A stretch of 64,000 nt of DNA from Candidatus Enterousia sp. (GTDB lineage: Bacteria; Pseudomonadota; Alphaproteobacteria; Rs-D84): assembly GCA_045630455.1 (NCBI GenBank), contig JAZQTD010000044.1, forward strand, positions 6,335 through 70,334, written 5' to 3'. Shown here piece after piece: positions 9,921 to 17,717 of this stretch (the first letter of the stretch is position 1; each line of letters begins with the position of its first letter). The notes beneath the pieces are model-generated. The model was given only the letters and a program-made list of their open reading frames with translations. It was not told the DNA's origin and did not search any database. Both the position numbers and the translations under genes were made by a program.

Positions 9921-10248
9921 CTGACTTTTTTACTTCCCTGTCTGGCAACGCATCTATTGTCACTGATTTCTGGTATCCGATTGCGGTGGCATTTGGCACA
10001 ACACCACCAACCAAGTTCCTTAACACCTCTGGTCTTTTATATCCCTCAAATCGTGTAGTAGCAGCGGCAATTTCCTGTTGTGTACGCACGATTTCGGCAC
10101 GCACATGATTTCGTGTACGATTTTGTGTACGATAACAAACCTGTAATCCGATGGTTAAAAACAGCACCCCACACAACACCCATATACCAATGTGATACAT
10201 TTTTTCGTCTTCACTCATCTGATGCCGTCTCCCCGTTTTTATTCCCAA
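9913..10248 (-). CDS. FtsL-like cell-division protein (start may be 10218)
   Basis: Single TM plus coiled coil, YKRPEVL motif, immediately upstream of the PBP gene. Confidence 0.6.
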   Translation of the reverse strand: MGIKTGRRHQMSEDEKMYHIGIWVLCGVLFLTIGLQVCYRTQNRTRNHVRAEIVRTQQEIAAATTRFEGYKRPEVLRNLVGGVVPNATAIGYQKSVTIDALPDREVKKSDV

Positions 10249-10256
10249 CTATTTTA

Positions 10257-10619
10257 TCATAAATTATGAAAAAAACGAATCATAGATTCCAGACCGTTTA
10301 ACCGCCCTGCCCCCAGATTAATATCCAGTGTTGCAAACTCTGCGCCAATATCCATATTTTTAATTTCATCTATACTTTTGCCGTCAACCATCGCAATTAA
10401 AATTGCAACAATTCCACGCACCAAAGCCGAATCGGCACTCCCAAAGAATCGATTGTCTTTACGACATATTTCAACCCGCGATGCACAGCCTACAATCTCG
10501 GAACACACCGCCCCATCAGGCACAGTCTCCAGATTACGCCCTAAATCCATCACCATTTCTAATTTTTCAACTGGGTCGCTTATTGCCAGTAAAATATTTT
10601 TTATTTCGGTATATGTCAT
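10257..10619 (-). CDS. sufE: SufE-family sulfur acceptor
   Basis: IVGCASRV and DSALVRG motifs. Confidence 0.9.
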   Translation of the reverse strand: MTYTEIKNILLAISDPVEKLEMVMDLGRNLETVPDGAVCSEIVGCASRVEICRKDNRFFGSADSALVRGIVAILIAMVDGKSIDEIKNMDIGAEFATLDINLGAGRLNGLESMIRFFHNL

Positions 10620-10625
10620 TATTTA

Positions 10626-10940
10626 TCACCAGCCCTGCTCTGTTAAATCCAACTCCAATCTTGCCTCATCAGACATACGTGATAAGTCCCATGGTGGATC
10701 CCAGACCAATTCAACACGCACAGGTGTCGTCCCCGCTACATTTTGAATAACTTCTTTTAGTTGCGCCATCAGCTCTTCCATCATGGGACATGTCGGACTA
10801 GTAAAAGTCATTGTTATAACGATTTCCTTGTTTGCTATATCAATGTTATAAATCAGTCCCAAATCCCAAATATTTACTGGAATCTCGGGATCATATACAG
10901 TTTTAATTGCAGAAATTATTTCATCACGCATCACGGTCAT
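10626..10940 (-). CDS. DUF59/SufT Fe-S assembly protein
   Basis: VYDPEIPVNIWDLGLIY, TSPTCP and WDPPW motifs. Confidence 0.9.
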   Translation of the reverse strand: MTVMRDEIISAIKTVYDPEIPVNIWDLGLIYNIDIANKEIVITMTFTSPTCPMMEELMAQLKEVIQNVAGTTPVRVELVWDPPWDLSRMSDEARLELDLTEQGW

Positions 10941-12028
10941 TTTACAATCTCCTGCACAACATTTACAAATTTATCAATATCATCAATTGTATTATATGCA
11001 CCAACTGATACACGGATTGAGCCATCCAGATTTAAATACCGATGAATCCAAGAAGCACACATATTCCCCACACGTACACAGATATTTTTCGCACCTACAA
11101 TCACACCAAAATCTAATACGTGCATATTATCAATCACAAAACTTAACATAGTCGCATCACGATTTGTGATAATTTTCACATGCTCTATTTTGGACAATTT
11201 ATCATACATATATTTGATTAAATTAGAATTGGGACGATTATTTTTTATTTCATCAATCGCAACCCACAGCCCCGCAATCTGGGTCAGTGGTAATGTGCCC
11301 GCCTCAAAACATTCTGGTGCCTGCATAAATTGTACACTGCCGTCCTGCGACACAGTGTTTACCATTCCACCACCAAATTTATCAGGTGCAAATCGCGATG
11401 GATTTTTTATATACATAACCCCCACACCGGTATCAGCACCAATTTTATGCCCCGACCACACAACAAAATCAGCCTCCCATTTTTTTACATCTATTTCATC
11501 GTGCACAACATATTGCGCAGCATCAACGATAACAATCACATTTGGATTTTTTTCACATGCTTTACGCACGATTTCTTGAATATTTTGTGACATACCCAAC
11601 ACATTAGACATTGCAGTCACCACAAAAATATCTGCATACGGAATATTATTAATATCAATATTTAAATCTTTATCCAATGGCACAACCACCATCTTTGCAC
11701 CCGACATTTGAAACGGCAAACGCGCACTATGATGGTCTAAATCGGACACTGCCACAACAGTATTTTTATTCGGCTTTAATATATTAACGATTCGATTCAT
11801 TCCGTCTGTTGTGCCCGATGTAAAAACAATATTTTCCACACTTGCATTCATCCACTCCGCAACACTCGCACGCACACTACACACCATATCATCAACCGCA
11901 CCAACACGTGCACAAACACCACGCCCAGAATTCGCGTATTTTTCACGCAAAAATTCAGCCTGTGCATTAATAACAGATTCTGACTTTTGCATTGTTGCAG
12001 CACTGTCTAAGTATATGAATTTATTCAT
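10937..12028 (-). CDS. SufS/CsdA-like cysteine desulfurase (class V aminotransferase)
   Basis: YLDSAAT, SGHK (PLP Lys), EAGT and RVGNMCA (catalytic Cys) motifs; start moved to MNKFIY. Confidence 0.85.
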   Translation of the reverse strand: MNKFIYLDSAATMQKSESVINAQAEFLREKYANSGRGVCARVGAVDDMVCSVRASVAEWMNASVENIVFTSGTTDGMNRIVNILKPNKNTVVAVSDLDHHSARLPFQMSGAKMVVVPLDKDLNIDINNIPYADIFVVTAMSNVLGMSQNIQEIVRKACEKNPNVIVIVDAAQYVVHDEIDVKKWEADFVVWSGHKIGADTGVGVMYIKNPSRFAPDKFGGGMVNTVSQDGSVQFMQAPECFEAGTLPLTQIAGLWVAIDEIKNNRPNSNLIKYMYDKLSKIEHVKIITNRDATMLSFVIDNMHVLDFGVIVGAKNICVRVGNMCASWIHRYLNLDGSIRVSVGAYNTIDDIDKFVNVVQEIVK

Positions 12029-12103
12029 TTTGTTTTTCTCTTGCATTTTGCGCTGATTATAATACACTCTTGCCAAATATCAATAAATATAAAGGGGAAA
12101 AAG

Positions 12104-12427
12104 ATGGCACTTACACATGCAAATGATACGACTATTGATACATTAATTGGCAATGGCATAACATTGGTTGACTTTTGGGCATCTTGGTGCGGCCCATGCC
12201 GCATGTTCGGCCCTATTTTTGAGGCTGTATCCGAAAAAATGCCAGATGTGACATTTATCAAATTTGAAATTGACGAAGCGAACCGTCGCACACCTGCAAA
12301 ATACGGTATCCGCAGCATTCCATCTGTATTGGCATTTAAAAACGGTGAATTAGTTGAAGCACGCAGTGGTCTTATGGACGAAGACACTGTTATTGATTGG
12401 ATAAAGGAATTACAAAATGGCAACTAA
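12104..12427 (+). CDS. trxA: thioredoxin
   Basis: DFWASWCGPC and IRSIP motifs; SD GGGG before ATG 12104. Confidence 0.95.
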   Translation: MALTHANDTTIDTLIGNGITLVDFWASWCGPCRMFGPIFEAVSEKMPDVTFIKFEIDEANRRTPAKYGIRSIPSVLAFKNGELVEARSGLMDEDTVIDWIKELQNGN

Positions 12428-12848
12428 GAATTACAAGACTATTGAACTGGATGCAAAGTACAAGCCAAAATTGTCTGAACCATATATGTGCGCAGAACAA
12501 TTGGCATACTTTTATAACATCCTGAACGCCCAGCGCGAAGAACTGCTTAGCGAACGCGACGAAGTATTAAGCGCTGTCCGTATGGCTGACAAGACTGAGG
12601 CTGTGGGTGCTGGCGACGAATCGGACAACGCGTCGTATAACCAAGATATCACTATGGATTTGCGTATGTCTGAACGCAGCAATAAATTGTTGCAAAAAGT
12701 TAATGCCGCCTTAGAGCGCATTGAAAACGGCAGTTATGGTTTCAGCATTGTTTCTGGCGAAGAAATTGGCTTAAAGCGTATGATGGCACGTCCATTGGCA
12801 ACAATGACAGTTGAAGAACAAGAAGAATACGAATCCCGCCGCAGATAA
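12417..12848 (+). CDS. dksA: DksA/TraR-family RNA polymerase-binding factor
   Basis: YM..EQL.YF N-terminus, DESDNA coiled-coil tip, GSYG....GEEIGLKR..ARP. Confidence 0.85.
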   Translation: MATKNYKTIELDAKYKPKLSEPYMCAEQLAYFYNILNAQREELLSERDEVLSAVRMADKTEAVGAGDESDNASYNQDITMDLRMSERSNKLLQKVNAALERIENGSYGFSIVSGEEIGLKRMMARPLATMTVEEQEEYESRRR

Positions 12849-12873
12849 AAATCCCCCGTTTTGGGGGATTTTT
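12847..12873. terminator. bidirectional terminator
   Basis: AAAAATCCCCC-GTTTT-GGGGGATTTTT between convergent dksA and tatA. Confidence 0.85.
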
Positions 12874-13061
12874 TATTTCTTCTTAGCAGGCGATTTTTTT
12901 GCCGGCTTTTTTGTTTCTTGCTTCTTTGTGTCCTTTAATTCTTTTTTGAACACATTGATACCATTTGCCAGATTACGCATCATTCCTGGGATTTTATTAC
13001 TCATAAACAAAATCATAACCAAGATGACAATTAAAATTATTTCGGTCCAACCAAGTCTCAT
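12873..13061 (-). CDS. tatA: twin-arginine translocase subunit TatA
   Basis: LGWTEIILI..LV.ILF, amphipathic helix, GI..FKKEL. Confidence 0.85.
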   Translation of the reverse strand: MRLGWTEIILIVILVMILFMSNKIPGMMRNLANGINVFKKELKDTKKQETKKPAKKSPAKKK

Positions 13062-13076
13062 ATCTATCCCCTTTGA

Positions 13077-13835
13077 TTATTTTGCAACATAGCAATCCAA
13101 ACCATCGGATTTTGCATTGCGACAGAACCCATTAGCATCCGCCGCTGTCTTGAATCCAACACGCAGACGATATGTCGTTGTTCCATTTTTCAATTGCGCC
13201 GCCAAGATAACAAATTGCTGACCGGCGAACAAACTCTGGTGTGAGTTGCGCATCTGACGCTGGGCACTTTCTGCCAGTGCGCGGGTGCTATACGAACCCA
13301 ACTGAACATACCAATCATAAACAGACTTGGTCACCGATGGTTTTGCAGCTGGTTTTGGCTGTGGTTTTGCAACTGGCTTAGCAGCTGGCTTCGGCACTGG
13401 TTTCGCCGCTGGATTAAACGTCACTTCTTTTCTGTCTTCAACCACACGTACCGGTGCCCCAACCGCCTCAACCAGTTTTGGCTGTGCCACAGGCTCTGGG
13501 TTTGGTTGTGTTACAGGCTCTGGGTTTGGTTGTGGTTTAACCTCTGGCTTTGGTTGTGGTTTTGGTGCCGGAGGCATAACATTCATATCATTCGCAGGCG
13601 CACCATCAACAACAATTGCCGGCGCATCCAAGTTCACGTCTATTGAAGAAGAAGATGTCCCTGCAACCGTACGAATAATCACGTACGTTGCCAAAACAAT
13701 CACGACCAGTCCCACCGTCAGTAACAACCACGGTTTCTTTGGACGCGGTGCAGCAAACGGCACAGCATCAGGCAGCGCATCCATAGATGCACCATCATCT
13801 AAATCTAATAAATCCAGGCTTTCATCAGTGTTCAT
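13077..13835 (-). CDS. SPOR-domain membrane protein (FtsN/DedD-like)
   Basis: N-terminal TM, Pro/Lys-rich linker, WYVQLGSY...YRLRVG...C..C SPOR domain. Confidence 0.85.
   Translation of the reverse strand: MNTDESLDLLDLDDGASMDALPDAVPFAAPRPKKPWLLLTVGLVVIVLATYVIIRTVAGTSSSSIDVNLDAPAIVVDGAPANDMNVMPPAPKPQPKPEVKPQPNPEPVTQPNPEPVAQPKLVEAVGAPVRVVEDRKEVTFNPAAKPVPKPAAKPVAKPQPKPAAKPSVTKSVYDWYVQLGSYSTRALAESAQRQMRNSHQSLFAGQQFVILAAQLKNGTTTYRLRVGFKTAADANGFCRNAKSDGLDCYVAK
13489..13558. repeat. 24-bp intragenic tandem repeat (QPNPEPVT/QPNPEPVA) in the SPOR linker
   Basis: ACAGGCTCTGGGTTTGGTTGTG at 13489 and 13513, plus a degenerate third copy. Confidence 0.8.
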
Positions 13836-13908
13836 CAGGTCCCCCCCTATTATTTCATTGGTAACATTATATCACAAAAAAAGCCAATCACCAAACACAT
13901 AGAACAAA

Positions 13909-13941
13909 AAAGAGACACAAAATTCATATCTCGTGTCTCTT
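13909..13941 (-). terminator. probable terminator of the thrS-lipoprotein operon
   Basis: AAGAGACAC...GTGTCTCTT 9-bp stem followed on the minus strand by TTTTGTTCT. Confidence 0.55.
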
Positions 13942-13984
13942 ATCTCGCCTGTCCCACGAAGCCTTGTCGCAGTGGGATATCTCA

Positions 13985-14128
13985 TTACTTTGGCATTTGC
14001 CCAAAGTTTGGTGGCACAATCAGTTTATGATTTTCTTCTATGATTGGCTCAACCTCACACTTTTTAGCGCAACCCGACACAATCATCGGGATTGCAACCA
14101 GTGCACAAAGCAATATAACTTTTTTCAT
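13985..14128 (-). CDS. 47-aa lipoprotein missed by the ORF track (DUF3035-like)
   Basis: MKKVILLCALVAIPMIVSGCAKKCEVEPIIEENHKLIVPPNFGQMPK; lipobox VSGC, SD GGGAG, 21 nt after the thrS stop. Confidence 0.8.
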   Translation of the reverse strand: MKKVILLCALVAIPMIVSGCAKKCEVEPIIEENHKLIVPPNFGQMPK

Positions 14129-14149
14129 ACTATATCTCCCTTGGGTTTA

Positions 14150-15883
14150 TTACAGTGGCAATTTCACTGCATCTTTCATCATTTCGACAAATTCGGCAAG
14201 TGGCATTGATTCCTGTTTTTCCTGACCCAAGCGACGCAAAGTCACCATTTTGTCGGCTGCTTCTTTTTCACCAACAACAGCAATGATTGGTGTTTTTGCC
14301 AATGACAGTTCGCGGATTTTATAGTTAACCTTTTCATCGCGCAAATCTGCACGTGTATTTACACCAGCTGCGCGCAATGCCGCCACAACTTCGTTTGCAT
14401 ATTCTGCGTGCTTTTCAGAAATCGGCGTGACGACAACAGGCTCTGGCGACAGCCACAGTGGTAAATTACCACCCGTAGATTCCAGCAAGATTCCCATAAA
14501 GCGTTCAATCGAACCCAACATTGCACGATGCAACATAATTGGACGATGCTTTTCACCATCTTCACCAACATAACTCAAATCGAATCGTTCAGGCAAGTTC
14601 ATATCCAATTGCACCGTACCGCACTGCCATACGCGCCCCATTGAATCGCGCAGATAGTTATCAATTTTTGGGCCATAGAACGCCGCGTCACCTTCTGCGA
14701 TTTCAAATTCAATACCATTTGATTCCAGTGCGTGCTTCAACGCCCCTTCGGCCTTGTCCCAGATTTCATCACTTCCAATACGGAATTCTGATTCTTTACG
14801 CGTTGCCAATTTCATCGTAATTTTATCAAATCCGAATTTACTGTAAATATCTTTGATAAAGCGCAATATTTTAACAACTTCTTCTTCTAACTGTTCTTCG
14901 GTACAGAAGATATGCGCATCGTCTTGGGTAAATTCACGCACACGCATCAGACCAGACAAACCACCCGCTGCTTCATAGCGATGAACCTTGCCAAATTCGG
15001 CCATATACAGCGGTAAATCTTTGTATGAGCGCAGCCCGTGTCCAAACACCAACATACCACCCGGGCATGACATTGGCTTAATACAAAACACTTTACCATC
15101 TTGGGTTTTACCAGAATAGTTATGTTCCCCATATTTTGCCCAGTGACCTGATCTTTCCCACAGACATCTGTCCATAACCGCCGGCGTTGAGATTTCCTGA
15201 TATCCCGCCAATTCTTGACGATGACGCACATATTCAATCAAACGACGATAGATTTTGTACCCCTTGTCATGCCAAAACACAGACCCCGGCGCATATTCAG
15301 GTTCAAAATGGAACAAGTCCATATCTTTACCCAGTTTACGGTTATCACGTGCGGCGGCCTCTTCCTGCATTTTCAAGAATTGTTCTAGTTCTTCTTTGCT
15401 CGCAAATGCATCAACATAGATACGCTGCAACATTTTATTTTTTGCGTCCCCCTTCCAGTATGCACCGGCAACACTGCGGATTTTAAAACTGTCGCGTGGC
15501 AAGTCTTTAGAAGATTCCACATGTGGCCCACGACACAAATCCGTAAAATCGCGGAAAGAATAGATTGATAAAGCTTCGCCCGCTGCATCATATTCATTCA
15601 ACCATTCCATTTTATATGGTTGCGCGGCGAAAATTTCTTTGGCTTCATCTAAACCAACATTGCGCTGTTCAAAGCGACCATTTGATTTGATTAAATCACG
15701 CATTTCTTTTTCGATTTTTGCAAAGTCTTCTTCGGAAAAACGATATTCTGTATCGAAATCGTAATAGAAACCATTTTCGATTGCCGGCCCACCCGCAAAC
15801 TTTACATCTGGGTGTAATTTTTTAACCGCCGCCGCCATAACATGCGCCAGCGAATGACGAATAACTTCGATATCATATGACAT
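14150..15883 (-). CDS. thrS: threonine--tRNA ligase (no N-terminal TGS domain)
   Basis: RHSLAH, DLCRGPH, RDNRKLG, KPMSCP, RVREFTQDDAH, QCGTVQLD and LHRAMLGSIERF motifs. Confidence 0.98.
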   Translation of the reverse strand: MSYDIEVIRHSLAHVMAAAVKKLHPDVKFAGGPAIENGFYYDFDTEYRFSEEDFAKIEKEMRDLIKSNGRFEQRNVGLDEAKEIFAAQPYKMEWLNEYDAAGEALSIYSFRDFTDLCRGPHVESSKDLPRDSFKIRSVAGAYWKGDAKNKMLQRIYVDAFASKEELEQFLKMQEEAAARDNRKLGKDMDLFHFEPEYAPGSVFWHDKGYKIYRRLIEYVRHRQELAGYQEISTPAVMDRCLWERSGHWAKYGEHNYSGKTQDGKVFCIKPMSCPGGMLVFGHGLRSYKDLPLYMAEFGKVHRYEAAGGLSGLMRVREFTQDDAHIFCTEEQLEEEVVKILRFIKDIYSKFGFDKITMKLATRKESEFRIGSDEIWDKAEGALKHALESNGIEFEIAEGDAAFYGPKIDNYLRDSMGRVWQCGTVQLDMNLPERFDLSYVGEDGEKHRPIMLHRAMLGSIERFMGILLESTGGNLPLWLSPEPVVVTPISEKHAEYANEVVAALRAAGVNTRADLRDEKVNYKIRELSLAKTPIIAVVGEKEAADKMVTLRRLGQEKQESMPLAEFVEMMKDAVKLPL

Positions 15884-15963
15884 AATAATTGTCCCTTGTG
15901 TTTTTTATTATTTTTTTGACTGATTGATTATAAGAATTAACGCGGCCCACCGCAATACAGAAA

Positions 15964-16020
15964 TTACACCCCCAACGGGGTTGTAGTAGTTGTTGTAAAG
16001 AAAAACTTAAACAAGTTCAT
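15964..16020 (-). promoter_or_regulatory. Thr-rich leader peptide ORF of thrS (MNLFKFFFTTTTTTPLGV)
   Basis: ATG AAC TTG TTT AAG TTT TTC TTT ACA ACA ACT ACT ACA ACC CCG TTG GGG GTG TAA; six consecutive Thr codons; ends 80 nt before thrS. Confidence 0.9.
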
Positions 16021-16027
16021 GTTTTAC

Positions 16028-16056
16028 ATCATATGCCTATTTTTCAACAAAATCAA
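16028..16056 (-). promoter_or_regulatory. promoter of the thrS leader (leaderless start)
   Basis: TTGATT-N17-TATGAT with 7 nt to the leader ATG. Confidence 0.75.
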
Positions 16057-16061
16057 GCAAA

Positions 16062-16082
16062 TTCCCCGCAATGTGCGGGGAA
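16062..16082 (-). terminator. terminator of the Cys-rich orphan gene
   Basis: TTCCCCGCA-ATG-TGCGGGGAA 9-bp stem just after the stop at 16086. Confidence 0.75.
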
Positions 16083-16085
16083 CTA

Positions 16086-16418
16086 TTATCTTACCTTGCT
16101 GTGCTTGCAAGTTCTCCGACAAGAAGCCAACGCAGTCTCAAGAGCAGCACGACTATTTGAATAATTTATTTCAATATCACCACCATCTTCCTTTTTCTGG
16201 ATAAACATAAGCGGCTTATACATAAACACATTTCCTGCATATACCCCTGGCTGAAGCAAAAAAGTCTGCACATCTCTTTTTTCATCAAAACTAGTCTTCA
16301 TTTGGAATTGCAATGAAATCTTGCAACGTTCCGCACAACCATCACAACACAAATCTGTCGGCAAATCCGCCGGAACATAGCCATCATAATTTTTATTAAA
16401 CTTATACTCATACGACAT
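16086..16418 (-). CDS. Cys-rich hypothetical protein, paralog A
   Basis: LP.DLCC.GC...CK.S.Q and AL..CR.TCKHSK.R shared with 16620-16967; SD AAGGA. Confidence 0.75.
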   Translation of the reverse strand: MSYEYKFNKNYDGYVPADLPTDLCCDGCAERCKISLQFQMKTSFDEKRDVQTFLLQPGVYAGNVFMYKPLMFIQKKEDGGDIEINYSNSRAALETALASCRRTCKHSKVR

Positions 16419-16459
16419 AACTTAAATCCTTTTTTCATTTATTAATTCTTTATATAAAT

Positions 16460-16487
16460 AATATAGACAAAACAAAATAAATGTCAA
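16460..16487 (-). promoter_or_regulatory. promoter TTGACA-N16-TATATT
   Basis: Minus strand TTGACATT-N8-TTTGTCTATATT; same architecture at 47431-47458. Confidence 0.6.
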
Positions 16488-16619
16488 GTGTCTTTTTACT
16501 TATCGCGGTATGAGAAATTTTTGCGATATATTTTTACATGTCCAATAAAAATAACTAAAAGGAATATTTAATGTTATTATTTATTAATAACTTACACCCT
16601 CGCCTCGCAAATTTATAAA

Positions 16620-16967
16620 TTAACGCATCTTGCTGTGCTTACAGGTTGCACGACACCACGCCAAAGCGCCTTGATACAAACAATCTGCATTCCATATTTC
16701 AATCATCGTTTCTGATTCAAGAATTGTTGCAGTGTTAGCAGCCGACAAACCACAACCATACAGTTTCACACCATCTGCATACATTACCGGTTTAACATAA
16801 AAGTTCTGCTTACCGCTTTCGGGCATAAACTTTTCATCTCTTACATTTAACTGCATAGAAAGTTTGCAATGCGTGTCACAACCGTTACAACATAAATCTT
16901 CCGGCAACTTAGGCTTTGGCCATTCACAATCGCTTATATCTTTTGCAACATTACGTTCATATGCCAT
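16620..16967 (-). CDS. Cys-rich hypothetical protein, paralog B
   Basis: Same motifs as 16086-16418; SD AAGGGG. Confidence 0.75.
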   Translation of the reverse strand: MAYERNVAKDISDCEWPKPKLPEDLCCNGCDTHCKLSMQLNVRDEKFMPESGKQNFYVKPVMYADGVKLYGCGLSAANTATILESETMIEIWNADCLYQGALAWCRATCKHSKMR

Positions 16968-16979
16968 AATACACCCCTT

Positions 16980-17717
16980 TTACAAATCCAATATACACCC
17001 AAACAGCACTGCAAAGAAGAAGCACACACTGCCCCCAATTACAAACAGATGCCAAACCGCATGTGAAAACTTCATTCTGCGCCACAAATAGAACAACACA
17101 CCAATTGTGTACGACAATCCCCCTGCCAGAATAAACCACAAACCACGCACCGGAATACTGCGAAGCATTGCCGGCAAAATAAACAGCAAAGTCCACCCCA
17201 TTGCAACATAAAGCGCAACCATCCATCGTGGCTGTTGCTTTGGATTTTTAATCTTCATATACGAGCCAAACAACACAATCCCCCACAAGATTCCAAATAC
17301 AATCCATCCAATCAGCCCGCGCAGATTAACCAATAAAAACGGCGTATATGTACCAGCAATCAGCGCATAGATTGCAACACTGTCCCACACTTCAAAGAAA
17401 CATTCGCCTTTTTTTCCGATTGTCGCGTGACACATTGTCGAACCAAAATAAAGTGTTATCATCGTCACACCAAAAATCGCGCACGAAACAATCGCCCATG
17501 GGTCGCCCTTAATCCCTGCGAACACCACCAGCAATGTCAATGCCGCCACCGCCAGTCCGATACCAATCCCATGGGTCAGGATGTTAACAACCTCTTCCCC
17601 GTGCGTGCTTGGTTTTTCCCAGCGAAACAGCCCCGTTGCACGCAGAACTTTTAACAGTTTTGACGCGTGCGCATCTTTTTTAACGGCTTTGATTCTCGCT
17701 CTCTTTTCCTTTGTCAT
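16980..17717 (-). CDS. hemolysin III / PAQR-family membrane protein
   Basis: EEVVNILTHG, ST.CH, IYALIAGTYTPF and HAVWHLFV motifs. Confidence 0.92.
   Translation of the reverse strand: MTKEKRARIKAVKKDAHASKLLKVLRATGLFRWEKPSTHGEEVVNILTHGIGIGLAVAALTLLVVFAGIKGDPWAIVSCAIFGVTMITLYFGSTMCHATIGKKGECFFEVWDSVAIYALIAGTYTPFLLVNLRGLIGWIVFGILWGIVLFGSYMKIKNPKQQPRWMVALYVAMGWTLLFILPAMLRSIPVRGLWFILAGGLSYTIGVLFYLWRRMKFSHAVWHLFVIGGSVCFFFAVLFGCILDL

Noticed and set aside
13327-13902. 191-aa plus-strand ORF with GFGC repeats
   Set aside because: Antisense shadow of the Pro/Lys repeats of the SPOR gene.
14150-15883. ThrRS without the N-terminal TGS domain
   Set aside because: Real, but a known variant in several bacterial lineages; editing and catalytic motifs are intact.
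15941-15953. GGTGGGCCGCG upstream of thrS resembles the T-box antiterminator GGTGGNACCGCG
   Set aside because: The conserved A is missing, and there is no room for stem I or a specifier loop (the promoter is about 75 nt upstream). The Thr leader ORF explains the region better.
16571-16618. Plus-strand 15-aa ORF MLLFINNLHPRLANL with AAGGA upstream
   Set aside because: Very AT-rich context, no clear promoter or terminator, and it abuts a convergent stop; compatible with chance.
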